64,000 nt of DNA from Octopus sinensis (taxonomy: Eukaryota): the NCBI RefSeq assembly GCF_006345805.1, contig NC_043014.1:32860001-32924000 (forward strand), read 5' to 3'. Position 1 is the stretch's first letter; each line of letters starts with the position of its first letter. Positions 10,981 to 26,110 of this stretch are shown here, in pieces. The notes under the pieces were generated by a model. It was given only the letters and a program-made list of their open reading frames with translations. It searched no databases and had not been told where the DNA came from. Both the position numbers and the translations under genes were made by a program.

Positions 10981-11520
10981 ATATGACAGGCTTCTCTCAG
11001 TTTGCGTCAACCAAATTTACTCACAAGGCTGTAGTAGAAAACACTTGACCAATATACCACACAGTGGAACTGAACCCAAAACCATGTGGCTGGAAAGCAA
11101 ACATCTTACTGCACAGTCACACCTGTGCTTATATTGAAATTTGATATGAACTTCAAGACGGTGCCCCAGCATGGCTTCAGTCTGATGACTGAGAAACACA
11201 AAAGAACCACTAAATTCCTTAGTAAAACTTAAAACCAAGGGAGGTAACTTTTGTGCTATGGTAATGAAACCTCTTACCTGCTAGAAGTAGCAACCCAAAT
11301 GCTTTTAAATCACATCTCAATGGTGGATTTCAAGAACCAGGTGAAGAGCAGACTTTCAAACCTAGGATCATCCTAATTCCACAAAGGTATAATATGCCTA
11401 TGTAGAGCAAATATAAACTGAGATACAGGGATCCCAGACAGACAGAATTTCACTTTTATAATATAGACAGTTTTATATATAGAGATATATTGGTGATAAC
11501 ATCTCCCAACTCCCTTATTT

Positions 11521-11790
11521 TTACATCCATTTTTTTTTTCCATGCTGGTTTAAGTTGGGCAGATTCTCTTTAGTACAGTGCTTTGCTTCATTCAGGTTAC
11601 AGATTCTTGCCATCTTCTCTGTGAGGTTCAACTCCATGAGATCAGTCATTATCACTTTGTCACATGTCTTTCTACGTCTCATTCTTTGGCAGATACCACC
11701 TATTTCTTTATACAAATGACATCCTCCATGCACACCACATCCCCATACCAGTGCAGTATTCTCTTTTGCACACTACATCAGATTTTTCCA
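11521..11790 (-). mobile_element. Decayed RTE LINE 3' fragment
   Basis: Minus-strand translation resembles the C-terminus of the 8466-10555 element (LHWYGDVV, RRRKTCDKVIMTDL). Confidence 0.6.
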
Positions 11791-11812
11791 TGCACACTAA
11801 TAATAATAATTT

Positions 11813-13112
11813 AAAATGTTGGCACAAGGCCAGCAAGTTTGGGGGAGTTAAATGATTACCTTGACCCCAGTATTCAACTCAGTATTGACCCCAGTATTCA
11901 AAAATCGTAAAACAAAGTCGACCTCAGCAGAATTTGAACTCAGAATGTGAAGACAGACAAAATATCACTAATTATTTTACCTGAAATGCACTAATAATAA
12001 TGTGCCTGGGGAGAGTCATTCTCTTTTAGTGCCTTATACAAGGATGAGTCAAAAAGTAATGCCATTTTGTTTAGGATAGGTATAATTACCAACACAGGAA
12101 CATGTATCATACATCAAAATGAAGCTGGTCCTCTGTGGATCACATCCCTACTTCTCAACATAGTCACCATTTCTCTCAATAGCAATGTTCCACCTTTGAA
12201 TAAGAGAATGTATCCCTGCCCCATAAAATTCTGTTGACTGTCTGTTCTTTGATCCACTTCTTCCCTACAATTTTCACTTTTTCGTCACTGGAATAATGTT
12301 TGCCTTTCAAACTCTCTTTCATGGGGCTGAAGAGATGATAGTCTGAAGGCGCTAAATCTGGTGAGTGTGGAGGTCATGAAGAAGTGGCTCAAAGAACAGT
12401 CAACAGAATTTTACAGGGCAGGGATACATGCTCTCATGAAGGTGGAACATTGCTATTGAGAGAAACGGTGACTATGTTGAGAAGTAGGGATGTTTTCCAC
12501 AGAGGAGGAGGAGGAGGAGGAAGAGGAGGAAGCAATGCATATATTCTATCTATTTGTCTTTAATAATAATGGTTTCAAATTTTGGCATAAGGCCAGTAAT
12601 ATTGGGGGCGGGGTTGGGGGGGGGGGCTCAGTTTATTACATCAACACCAGTGCACAACTGGAACTTATTTTACCAACCCCAAAAGGATGAGTGCAAAGTT
12701 GATTCCAGTGGCATTTGAACCAGTATGCTAATGATTCTGCAAGCCTTTAATAATGATGATAATAATGGTTTCAAATTTTGGCACAAAGCCAGCAATTTGG
12801 GGGACAGGAGCTACTCAATTACATCAACCCCAAATTTTGACTGGCACTTATTTTATCAACCTGAAGGTATGAAGGGCAAAGTCAACCTTGATGGAATTTG
12901 AATGCAGTGCATAAAAACAGACAAAATGCCACTAAGCATTTTGCCCTGTGTGCTAATGATTCTTATTTCTTTATTGCTAAACATAGAGGGGACAAACAAG
13001 GACAGACAAAGGGATTAAGTTGATTACATCAACCCCAGTGCATAACTGGTACTTACTTTATCGACACTGAAAGGATGAAAAGTAAAGTCGACCTCTGCAG
13101 AATTTGAACTCA
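11813..13112 (-). mobile_element. Cluster of four SINE family B copies (~11813-11990, 12570-12740, 12768-12962, 12975-13112)
   Basis: Each carries AAAGTCGACCTC..GAATTTGAA and GACCCCAGT motifs in reverse orientation; other sequence lies between them. Confidence 0.75.
12036..12492. mobile_element. Mariner-derived non-autonomous element with internal 54-bp inverted repeat
   Basis: 12143-12196 and 12439-12492 are reverse complements with 1 mismatch; starts TACAAGGATGAGTCAAAAAGTAATGC, a mariner-like terminus. Confidence 0.65.
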
Positions 13113-13645
13113 CCAACACCACCAATACCATGACACCACTATCAAAACCACCACCAATACTACCATCACAAACACCAACATCACAATCAATATCTCTATC
13201 ACCATCATTGCTACCACCAATACCACTGCCTCCAACATCACTATCACCAGCACCAACATGGCCAAAACCATGACACCACAATGAACATCATCACTACCAT
13301 CACAAACACCAACATCACTATCAACATCGCTACCACCAACATCATTATCGATACCACTGCTCCCAAACCACCACCACCACCAGCCACACCACCACCACCA
13401 CCAACACAACCACCAATACACTACCACTACCACCAACAACATCACCACCAACACCAACCCACCACCACCAATACCACTATCAATACCACTGCCCCCAACA
13501 CCACTACCATGAGCAGCCACACCAACACCACCAACAACAACATCAACACTACAACCAACACCAACCCCACCACCAATGCTACCATCACGAACACTAACAT
13601 TATTACCACCAATACCACTATCAATACCACTACCAACACAAACCA
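13112..13645. repeat. Degenerate (CAC/CCA/CAA)n tract
   Basis: Directly visible; explains the Thr/Gly-rich ORFs. Confidence 0.9.
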
Positions 13646-14291
13646 ACAAAGAATTTTTTCTATGATCACTTGATCTGCTAGAAGTAGCAGCCAATTTTTT
13701 TCTCATATCCCACCTGACCATCTTAGAAGAAAAACAGTAAAAGGGCAAACTGGATAATGTTGTCCAAGGTGCACTGTGCCTAGGAAAAAATTAAAATGTT
13801 CACAACAGTTATACTTTTGATTATAGATCTACTTGATCAGAGCTAACCAAGGGTTGAACAATAGCAACAACAACATCAACAACATGAAACAGTTCTGAAG
13901 ATTTTAATAAGCAATGAAATTACTTTTAGAAAATAAAAAAAATTAAAAATAAAATTAATGAAGTCAAACTAAAAAATTATAAAACTTTTGAGGAACAAAA
14001 ACAAATGATAAATAAAACGGAGAAAAAAGGAATTAAAAAATATTTTATATATAAATATTTGGGTTTTTTTCTTATTTTAATTATCTGTTTATTTTGATAA
14101 ATATAATTTATTTATTATTTCTTGTGAAGAAAAATAATATCAAATTGTTTATAATTTCTTTGTGATTCATTAGAATGTCTCCCATCAGATTTGATTTACA
14201 TACAACAGAGTGTTAGTGTGGTGGCGTGGGTGGAGGTGATTGACTGACAAGGTGTTGTGGGAGGAGCGTGAAGGGTTTGGGATGAAAGAAG

Positions 14292-14336
14292 ACAGACAGA
14301 CAGACAGACAGATGCATAGGCATAGACAGGAAATTG

Positions 14337-14374
<38 letters not shown>

Positions 14375-14379
14375 CAGAC

Positions 14380-14446
<67 letters not shown>

Positions 14447-14451
14447 CAGAC

Positions 14452-14502
<51 letters not shown>

Positions 14503-14535
14503 CAGACAGATAGATAGATAGATAGAAAGATAGAC

Positions 14536-14585
<50 letters not shown>

Positions 14586-14608
14586 GCAGACAGACAGACA
14601 GACAGACT

Positions 14609-14661
<53 letters not shown>

Positions 14662-14703
14662 TTAGATAGATAGACAGCCAGACAGACAGACAGACAGACA
14701 GAC

Positions 14704-14766
<63 letters not shown>

Positions 14767-14790
14767 CAGATAGGCAGACAGACATAGGTA
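14292..14790. repeat. (GATA)n/(GACA)n microsatellite
   Basis: Directly visible. Confidence 0.97.
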
Positions 14791-15174
14791 GATGGATACA
14801 TAGGTGAATAAAAAGAGGAAGAAAGAGAGAGTGTGTGTGATTAGAAGAAAAATGGAAAAGGTAAAAAGAAACAAACAAGAATGTGGTTTAAATGAATAAA
14901 TAAAATCAAGAAGGAAAATAGATAAGAGAAAAACAAAATAAAGAAGAAAGAAAAAAAAATAATTCCAACATACTAAAAAGAGAAAAATGAAAAAGGGAAG
15001 CAATGAAAAATACACAAAAAGAAAAAAAAAGACTAATAAAGAAAAGAAGCAAACTAAGAAGAGAAAAAAATTGAAGGAAACTTGCAAGAAATAAATGGAA
15101 GAAAATAATTCAATGATTTCTTTAAAAGAATTTTTAAAAAATGAATATTTTAAATGAATTACTAAAATCTTTAA

Positions 15175-16500
<1,326 letters not shown>

Positions 16501-17106
16501 CACTAAGATACTAATATACAAAGAAAAAATATATAAGTAAACAATAGGAATAATTAACAATGTAACCAATTAATAAACAGTATAGACAATTAATTTAATT
16601 ACATAAACAATATAAGTAAACAATGAATATACAATACAAACAAGCAATAAATAAATAATTAATAAACACTATAAATAAACAATAAATATGGAACAAGTAG
16701 AATAGTTTTTTTTCTTTACTTGTATTTTTTCTTGTCTTTCAACATCATCATCATCATCGTCATCATTATTCGTGCTTAGTAGTATTTTGTCCATCTAAAG
16801 GAATGGTATAAGCATGGGAGTGAAGAGAGACAATAAGAATCTGTATACCATTCCTTCAGTGTTCTGTTTTGTTACAACCAGAAATTACTCTAACAAAAGT
16901 AGCATTGATATTTTAGGTCGTTCAATTTTTCTCAACCAGTCAATAGGGCCAATTGAGTAAACCTATCAATAACGACACTCTAATGACTACTGGAACTACA
17001 TTAAAGGTGTGCATGTCTGTGGAGTGCTCAGCCACTTGCATGTCAATTTCAGATTTACTACAAGAAAAAAAAGTATGTAATGACTATTATTTGTACCTTG
17101 TCTTAT

Positions 17107-17207
<101 letters not shown>

Positions 17208-17437
17208 ATATGAGGATAATATCGATATTTAAGTGTCGAAATTATCAAGTGGCCAGCATGAAAGAAATACCTTACAAAGGTAAAATAATTTTTAACAATT
17301 AAAAATGAGGGTGTCTAAAAGACACCAACATGCCGAAATAGCAGTCGAAACACTGACTATAGTACCACGTTAAATGTTCATATCGCACCATGAGGTAAAG
17401 CGGAGGGACAAAACATACAAGCAAAAATTATTGAATA

Positions 17438-17497
17438 ATTCAAGATCCAAGGATTTCTGGTTCTGCTTTAGATAAGCTTTACCGTCATCAATTGAAT
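17438..17497 (-). ncRNA. Type I hammerhead-like motif (C3U variant)
   Basis: Reverse complement of 18292-18351. Confidence 0.65.
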
Positions 17498-18291
17498 ATA
17501 TCAAGGGTACATAAATACAGATATATATATGCACAGCAAACGATATACTTACATATACGAGCGTCGCACATACATACATATGCACGTATGGACACAGCCA
17601 GTTTGAATCGCCCGCCAAATCACCGCATAAGTACGATATGGTTAAAATAAGCACCGCAGTGAATATAATAACGAATTATATAAATTTATATATGAGGATA
17701 ATATCGATATTTAAGTGTCGAAATTATCAAGTGGCCAGCATGAAAGAAATACCTTACAAAGGTAAAAAAATTTTTAACAATTAAAAATGAAGGTGTCTAA
17801 AAGACACCAACATGCCGAAATAGCAGTCGAAACACTGACTATAGAACCAGAAATCCTTGGATCTTGAATTATTCAATAATTTTTGCTTGTATGTTTTGTC
17901 CCTCCGCTTTACCTCATGGTGCGATATGAACATTTAACGTGGTACTATAGTCAGTGTTTCGACTGCTATTTCGGCATGTTGGTGTCTTTTAGACACCCTC
18001 ATTTTTAATTGTTAAAAATTTTTTTACCTTTGTAAGGTATTTCTTTCATGCTGGCCACTTGATAATTTCGACACTTAAATATCGATATTATCCTCATATA
18101 TAAATTTATATAATTCGTTATTATATTCACTGCGGTGCTTATTTTAACCATATCGTACTTATGCGGTGATTTGGCGGGCGATTCAAACTGGCTGTGTCCA
18201 TACGTGCATATGTATGTATGTGCGACGCTCGTATATGTAAGTATATCATTTGCTGTGCATATATATATCTGTATTTATGTACCCTTGATAT

Positions 18292-18351
18292 ATTCAATTG
18301 ATGACGGTAAAGCTTATCTAAAGCAGAACCAGAAATCCTTGGATCTTGAAT
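18292..18351 (+). ncRNA. Type I hammerhead-like motif (C3U variant)
   Basis: auucaa UUGAUGA c ggu aaa gcuu aucua aagc aga acc a GAA AUCC uu GGAU C uugaau: stem I 6 bp, stem III 4 bp, AUC site with cleavage after C18345; stem II closes with a C.A mismatch. Confidence 0.65.
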
Positions 18352-18484
18352 TATTCAATAATTTTTGCTTGTATGTTTTGTCCCTCCGCTTTACCTCATG
18401 GTGCGATATGAACATTTAACGTGGTACTATAGTCAGTGTTTCGACTGCTATTTTGGCATGTTGGTGTCTTTTAGACACCCTCAT

Positions 18485-18525
<41 letters not shown>

Positions 18526-19267
18526 AGAAATGGAATAGCAGTTCAATCTATGTTACATATGTTTCAATAGCATGGCATTTTATTTATATTTTGTGCATTA
18601 CATCAAACAAAAGACCTGCCACATCATCAAGTACCTGACTGTTAAGGTTGCAAAAGACAACTAATGTTATTTTTGTAATTGGAGTTGCAGAGTACCTGTT
18701 ATTTTTAAACGAGTATTCTTAATTTTATAATCAAATAAGAGTGGGATTGTTATTGATTGACTAATAAATTAATTAATAAATGTTCCACATCAGTGTAGGC
18801 TAATAACCAGTCATATGTTTAAAGCTACTGAGCAAATAAGCACGTTCAACATCACCTAAACTAACTGATATAATATCATCATATATATATATATATATAT
18901 ACACACATAGGGAATTTGATTTGGTTTAATCAACGAGAGAATTTCCATCACATCATTTTAACATCCTCTTTTCTATGCTTACAATTGGTTTGACAGAATT
19001 TGTTGAGACAGACTTTCAATGATTGGATGCTCTTCCTGACACTAATCCTCACCTGTTTTCAGGCAAAGTAATATTTTCCCATGTCCAGGCATGTTTTTCC
19101 ATGGAAAGCTGGAAGCAAACTGTATCACTTGTATACAGAATGTCCATTTACAGGTATCATATAAAGCCATGACAAGGGTACACTCAAACACACACACATA
19201 CAGGTGTACTTACATGCATACCTACATGTGTGAGTGCATGTGTGTGTGTGTGTGTGTATACATGCAT

Positions 19268-19585
19268 ATATAACTGGCACTCCAGCACCTACAACAATGA
19301 AGGCTCCAGTTAATTCAGTCAACGGAACAGCCTGCTCATTAAATTAGTGTGAAAGTGGCTGAGTACTCCACAGACATGCATAACCTTAATGTAGTTCTCA
19401 AGGAGATTCAGCATGACACAGGGTGTGACAATGTTGGGTCTCTGAAATACTTGTACTACTCCTTTTTTACCAGCTGAGTGAACTGGAGCAATGTGAAATG
19501 CTTCGCTCAATGACACAACATCCTACCGGGTATTGAACTCAGAACCTTGTGATCATGAGCCAAATATTCTAACCACCAAGCCATA
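19268..19585 (-). mobile_element. SINE family C
   Basis: Reverse complement of the head TGGCTTGGTGGTTAG...AGTTCAATACC plus shared body. Confidence 0.7.
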
Positions 19586-19593
19586 TATATATA

Positions 19594-19628
<35 letters not shown>

Positions 19629-19651
19629 ATATAAGTATGTATGTATGTATA

Positions 19652-20889
19652 TAAGGTCATTAAGAATGCACCAAGTTTGATGGTCATTAACCCTAATGTT
19701 TTATCCTGACAAATCTTTGTTTTACAACATTTAAGAGTTACATCATCACTTTTCGAAGTGCAATTCATGGCGTTTGATTATAATATGCGTTTTCTCTTGT
19801 AAATCAATTTTTGTGAACCCATGGATAGATTAAAAATTGGTGTTGTTCATGAATATGAGTTCCGTCATGAAACCAATGCATCCCAGACAGCTCAAAACAT
19901 CAATGAAGTGTTTGGTGAAGATTTAGCGAATATACGCACTGTATGTCGATGGTTTGAGAAGTTCTTATCTGGTGACTTTACTCTTGAAAATCAGACCTGT
20001 GGTAGACCCAAGACCAAGGTAGATAATGATGAGCTGTAGTGGAAGTGGATACATCTCAAACTATGCGTGAGTTAGCAGCAAGGTTTGATGTTTCGATTCC
20101 AACTGTATTGGACCATCTGAAACAAATAGGCAAGGTAAAAGAAGTCGGACAAGTGGGTACCACATGAACTGAAGAAACACCAAATAACACATCATCTTGA
20201 AGCTTACTGTTCTTTGCTATCATGGCATAAAAGTGAACCATTTTTGTTACGTGTGCTGAAAAATGGATTCTTTTCAACAATAGCAAGCATTCTGCATGCT
20301 GGTTGGATGGAGACAAAGTGCCAAAACACAATCCAAAAAAGAATATTCACCAAAAAAAGCTAATGGTGTCTGTTTCGTGGTCCAGCACTGATGTCATCCA
20401 CGACAGCTTCATGAGACCAGGTAAAACAATTACAGCGAACATATACATCAATCAATTAAATGAAATGAAGAGTGAACTTGCAATTTAAAACCGAGATTGA
20501 TCAATAGAGATAGGTTAATTCTCTTGCATAACAATACTCAACCACATGTTGCACAAAGAATGCTACTCAAGTTACAAGAATTGAACTTTGAAGTACTCTG
20601 TCATCCATCATATTCCACCAGACCTTGTACCAACTGACTATCATGTTTTTCAGGCATTAGACAACTTTTTGCAAAGAAAAAACTTCAAATCTGAAGAAGA
20701 TGCAAAAACAGCTTTTCATGATTTCACCACCTCTTGCTCTCCAGAATTCTTCACTGCTGGCATAGATAAACTACTGATAAAATGGTAAAATTATGTTGAT
20801 AATTTATGTGGATACCTTGATTAACGGCATTGCTTATTGCTAATGTGAAATAAACTTTCAGTTCAAAATTGGACATTTCATTCTTAATG

Positions 20890-20896
<7 letters not shown>
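19652..20896 (+). mobile_element. Near full-length mariner (DD34D-type) transposon, inactive
   Basis: TIR core TCATTAAGAATG (19658-19669) vs CATTCTTAATGA (20879-20890); WVPHEL, TCAEKW, LHNNTQPH and YSPDLVPTDYHVF motifs. Two catalytic Asp are substituted and there are frameshifts and stops. Confidence 0.92.
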
Positions 20897-20921
<25 letters not shown>

Positions 20922-20951
<30 letters not shown>

Positions 20952-22171
20952 TGTTTAACGTCCGCTTTCCATGCTGGTATGGGTTGGCTGGTTTGACTGA
21001 GGACTGGCAAGCCAGAAAGCTGTACCAGACTCCAATCTGATCGGGCAAAGTTTCTACAGTGCGATGCCCTCCCTAACACCAACCACTCTGAGTGTAGTGG
21101 GTGCTTTTTACATACCAATGGCACAAGGGCCAGTCAGGCGGTACTGGCATTAACCACACTTGAATGGTACCTTTTATATGCCACCAGCACAGGTGTCAGT
21201 CAGATGGTACTGGCATCGGCCACACCAATGACTTCATTTGACTCAATAGGTCTTCACAAGCACAGTTTATTGCCCAATGATTGAAGGGTACTCTTAAATG
21301 GGCCAGTTAAGCTGCACTGGCATAGGCTACAGTTATGGTCTCACTTGGCTTGCCAGGTCTTCTCAAGCACAGCATATCTCCAAAGGTCTTGGTCACTAAT
21401 CACTGCCTCCATGGGGCTCAACATTCAAAGGTCATCTTCCTGGTCTTCCAGGTCTTCTTGGGTCTACCTCTTCCACAGGTTCCCTCAACTGCTAGTGTGT
21501 GACACCTTTTCACACAGCTGTCCTCATCCATATGCAACACATGACCATACCAGTGCAGTCGTCTCTCTTGCAAACCACATCTGATGCTTCTTAGGTCCAA
21601 CTTTTCTCTTGGAGCGCTTACACTGTCATGTATACACACTGACATTATACATCCAGCAAAGTATACTAGCTACATTTCTTGCAAACTAACGCATGTCCTC
21701 AGCAGTCACAGCCCATGTTTCACTGCCATGTAGCATGGTTATTCACATACATGCATCACACAGTCTACCTTTTACTCTGAGTGTAGGAGCTCTCTGAACT
21801 TTGCCCAGGTTATTCATATTCTAGCAGCTACATTCTCAGGGCATCTACCCCTGCTACTGACTTGGTCACCTAGGTAACAGAAGCTATCAACTACTTCTAG
21901 TTTTTCCCCTGGCATGTGACAGAAGCTGTTTTCTGCACATTTTCAGTGTTTATTACTCCTGAGCATTTGCCACACACAAAAACTATCTTCCCAATTAGCC
22001 TTCTTTTGATATTGCTGCACCTCTTATGTGTCCATAGCTTACACTGGGTACATCTTTTGGAGTTTCTACCTACGCCTTTTCTACAGATTGAGCAAGGCCA
22101 TCTACCTGAAGGGATTTGTGATTTGTCTGCCTTCCTACTTACTAAGACTTTGGCTTTTGCAAGATTGATTC
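20922..22171 (-). mobile_element. 5'-truncated RTE LINE copy with 3' UTR and (GAT)n tail
   Basis: Minus strand encodes LRSIRCGLQERRLHWYGHVLHMDE and GRGRPKKTW; homologous to 9690-10980. Confidence 0.9.
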
Positions 22172-22609
22172 TGGGCTTCTTTCAGTCTCCAATAACCAAA
22201 TCCACTCACAAGGGGCTATAGTAGAAAACACCTGCTCAAGGTGCTGCTCAGTGGCCACATGGTTGGGGAGCAAGCTTCTTAACTACATACCCACATCTCC
22301 CACTTGCAAAGAAACAGGACAACCAATAAGAACTAAGCTTATAAAGCAACAGAAATCCCAATTAAACAGTTCTGGAATTCTTCACTAATGCCATGTAGTG
22401 GCAGTGCATATAAACCATCTCAAGACTCTGAAGACTCTCAACAAGAAAGGGAATATAGAAGAGACACATGGACCCATTATGTGCATGGCACCTCAGCTTT
22501 TGTAACAAATAGAGTGATTTGAATGAAAATCTGTTCAATAAAGTTTTAATATTACTAAAAGTTTGCCTGCAAACAAAATCAACAAAAGAAGATATAGTGG
22601 AAGTGTTCT

Positions 22610-23463
22610 TATTTCTTATTTCTTTATTGCCCACAAGGGGCTAAACACAGAATCTTCTTCTTGTCTTGAGACAGCATTCACCCGGGGTGGGTTGAGCTGG
22701 CTTCATTCATCCTCAATGCTGCGTCTCTCACAAATGCCAACCAGGCCTGGCGATTTCAGGCTAACAACTGCATGATCTCCAACCACTCCCTATTCCAGCA
22801 GTGAATGCCATAGACATGGGGGCCTAGGTTGGGTTCCAGATCAGCCTTGACTGTCATCAGCCAGGTTTTTTGTTGTCCACCAAACCTGAAGGGGAGCTGG
22901 GGCAATTGCTTCGTAGATGAATTCTCCTGGTTGATGACGGAGAGCATGACCCAGCCAATGCAGACGTCTCGTTAGGATGACTTGTCGGAGGGAGGTGATT
23001 TTGCACTGGTGTCGCACCAAATTGTTGGAGACAAAGTGATGCCATCAGACACGAAGGATGCGGTGTAGACAGAGGTGATCGAAGGATTCTAGTTGCTTAA
23101 TATCTTCCACCCTCATCGGCCATGACTCACTGCCATAAAGGAGAATTGTTCGCACAAGGGCTTGATAGATCCATACATTGGTGGTGCGTTGGATCTCAGA
23201 TCTTGACCAGAGTCGTACATTGATAAACACAGAGGGGACAAACAAGGATAGACAAATGGATTAAGCCAATTACATTGACCCCAGTGTGTAACTGGTACTT
23301 ATTTGATCAACCCTGAAAGGATGAAAGGCAAAGTCGACCTCGGCAGAATTTGAACTCAGAACATAGCGGCAGACGAAATACCTCTAAGCATTTTGCCTGG
23401 CATGCTAACATTTCTGCCAACTAGCTGTGGAAGTGTTCTGCTAACGTTTCTGCCAGCTCGCCA
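22610..23463 (-). mobile_element. SINE family B interrupted by an RTE fragment
   Basis: SINE parts at 22610-22651 and 23224-23463; flanking direct repeat TGGAAGTGTTCT at 22598-22609 and 23464-23475. Confidence 0.8.
22652..23223 (-). mobile_element. 3' fragment of a second RTE-type LINE family
   Basis: IYQALVRTILLYGSESWPMRVEDIKQLESFDHLCLHRIL and GGQQKTW; TSD TAAACACAGA at 22642-22651 and 23224-23233. Confidence 0.85.
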
Positions 23464-23997
23464 TGGAAGTGTTCTACTGGCAAATTTGTTAATTTATATG
23501 CCAAGATAAATTTATTTCCCTCTCTACGCAATCACAAAAGAAACTATGAACTATATTTTTATCAAATATATTTTATCATATGTTTCTATCTGTCTACCAC
23601 TATCAATTCCCTGCTTTTCTTCTTTTTCAGTTCTTATCATATGTAATATAATTAATGTGACTTAAATTATTTGGAATTGATGAAAAACAGTTCTGTCTAC
23701 AAATATTAAGAGTACATATTACAACTGAAATGAAATTAACAGAAAAGCAATATGTTTATTAATGTGAGAAATTATATGAAATTCCAGCAAGACTTCTCTT
23801 CTTTCTTGAAAAGAAATGGACAGTCAATAATAAACAAACTTACTAGCTGATATATTACATATACACCCTCATTTCGCTCATGGCAAGCCTCTTCCATTAC
23901 CTCCATTTCCTACGATTTCCACCTTTATGTACGTCACACTTCGTCCTTATCACAGTGCATCTCCCTCACATACACTCCCATACACTTCACACCATCT

Positions 23998-24830
23998 GTA
24001 CTGCCACCTGAAAAGTTCATAGGCTGACCAAGATACTCTTATGGAATGTGATCAAACGAGGTTTATTTTTCAACATAGTACCCTTTGCGGTCCACACCCT
24101 TCTTCCGTTGATCTTACAGTGCTTGGATCCCGTTGGTGATCCTGTTAGTCCAAAAAGGTCATCAATAGTAGATATGACATCATCAACACTTCAAAACTAG
24201 TTTCTAGTTAAGTGTTGTTTTTTCCCCATGTTGGGGAACAAGATAGAGTCAGATGGGGCCAAATTCAGGATATTAGGAAGGATGATCAATCAGTTCATAG
24301 CTACAGTTATCCACAGCAGCCATTGAGACCACAATGTGTGTGTCTTGTAGTTGGATGACTTCTGACTTTTCAAGGTTTATTTGCCCTCCAACGGGTCTTG
24401 TTTTCATCCTACATGGTGCCCAAAATCCACCCTGTCCATCAAGCAGGCTTGATGATGTTGCCAGCTTGCTCACAGACAGCTTGAATATACAACAGGTTGT
24501 ATTGGGTGGCACATCACCAATAACACTCAAAAATGACCTAACCATAACTGATATGCATACACAACACATGGTGATTGCTCCATTTCCACAAATGATTGCA
24601 GGCCTACGATCACTCTTGTTATCCAACAGAGTGCACACATCCCAACATGAAATGATCAAGTTCTTTTCAGATTTTGTAAAAAAAAGTTTCTTTGGGTGGA
24701 CATCCGTCAGTCACGTTGAACTGACCAGATACAGAAAGACAGGCAATCTTTGGTTTTCTAGAACCTCCTCAGCCTCCAAGTGAGCAGTGCCTCCTCCAAA
24801 TGGAGCTGCTCAGACACCCATGTAGTAACC
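23998..24830 (-). mobile_element. Degraded mariner relic
   Basis: CTGAAAAGTTC TIR-like end near 24008; minus-strand WAPCRM resembles the WVPRML motif; heavily decayed. Confidence 0.55.
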
Positions 24831-25715
24831 GAATCCTATTGCTGTCTTGAGTGGCAAGGAGACAACTTTATAGCTAGCATAGGTTGCCTACATGCAGGTC
24901 ACTGACTACATGTTGCCAAACCATCAGGTCTGTGTGCTTCACCATCTTCCCATCACCGCAGGACTTGTGAATAAAAATAAAATAAATATATACTAAAAAT
25001 AGATAAATATATACTAAAAATAAAGATACATATATACTGAAAATAAAATAAATATATATAGGGAAAAAAAAGCAGCACATATAGATCAGAGGTCAGCAAT
25101 ACCTGTGCAGAGTTTTAGGTCCAATAAGGCTTACACAACACCTCATAGACCCTCTCCATTCCATTGACATTATCTCAGAGACAAGCCAGAGTGAGATATC
25201 TGGTGCCAATATGAGTTGCAGGTCCATGGATGTGGGAGTGCTATGATCTCTAGCACAAACCAAAGATCCCTGAAATGTCCAATGCCATATCCTGCATATC
25301 TGGTTTTATATCAGAGTGACCTTCTCTTAGAGATATGCTTCAAAAGAAGCTGAGAGGTACCTCACTCCCAGTGGTCTTCTAATATACCAGACACTATCTT
25401 AGAATTTCTGCGTACCCATGCTATTGTTAGATAGCCATTGAGCCTGCACTATATTCATCCGACCTTTCAACAGGTTTTGTTTTTAATCCTGCTGGATTTC
25501 AAGCAACCTTCCTTACTAGGGTAACCTGGTGGGGGTGCCAGTTTAATTGCCGACAACCTGGCTATGCAACAAGTTGTACTGGATTCCCTGTTACCAGTAG
25601 CACTTGTGAGAGCTTCATAAGTGACAATACAATTGTACATACATACATATATACATACATACATACATACATGCATACATGCATACATGCATGCATACAT
25701 TCATACATACATACA

Positions 25716-26110
25716 GCTAACTGGCTTCTGTGCCGGGGACATGTAAAACGCACCATTCGAGTGTGATCGTTACCAGTGTCGCCTTACTGGCACTTGTGCC
25801 AGTGGCATGGGAAAAAAACATTCAAGCAAGGTTATTGCCAGTGCCGTTGGACTGGCTCTTGTGCAGGTGGCACGTAAAAAACACCATTTGAGCATGGCCG
25901 TTGCCAGTACCGCCTGACTGGCTCTCACACCGTTGGCATGTAAAAGCACCCACTACACTCTCGGAGTGGGTGGCATTAGGAAGGGCATCCAGCTGTAGAA
26001 ACTCTACCAGATTAGATTGGAGCCTGGTGCAGCCATCTGGTTCGCCAGTCCTCAGTCAAATCGTCCAACCCATGCCAGCATGGAAAGTGGACATTAAACG
26101 ATGATGATGA
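25716..26110 (+). mobile_element. RTE 3'-UTR-only insertion
   Basis: Same modules and GCATGGAAAGTGGACATTAAAC(GAT)n tail as 10556-10980. Confidence 0.85.

Noticed and set aside
11140-11160. CTGATGA-CTGA-GAAAC
   Set aside because: No stem II, III or I; it is a variant of the SINE family A tail.
25090-25630. Possible LINE 5' region on the minus strand
   Set aside because: Too decayed to show a diagnostic endonuclease motif; not listed as a feature.
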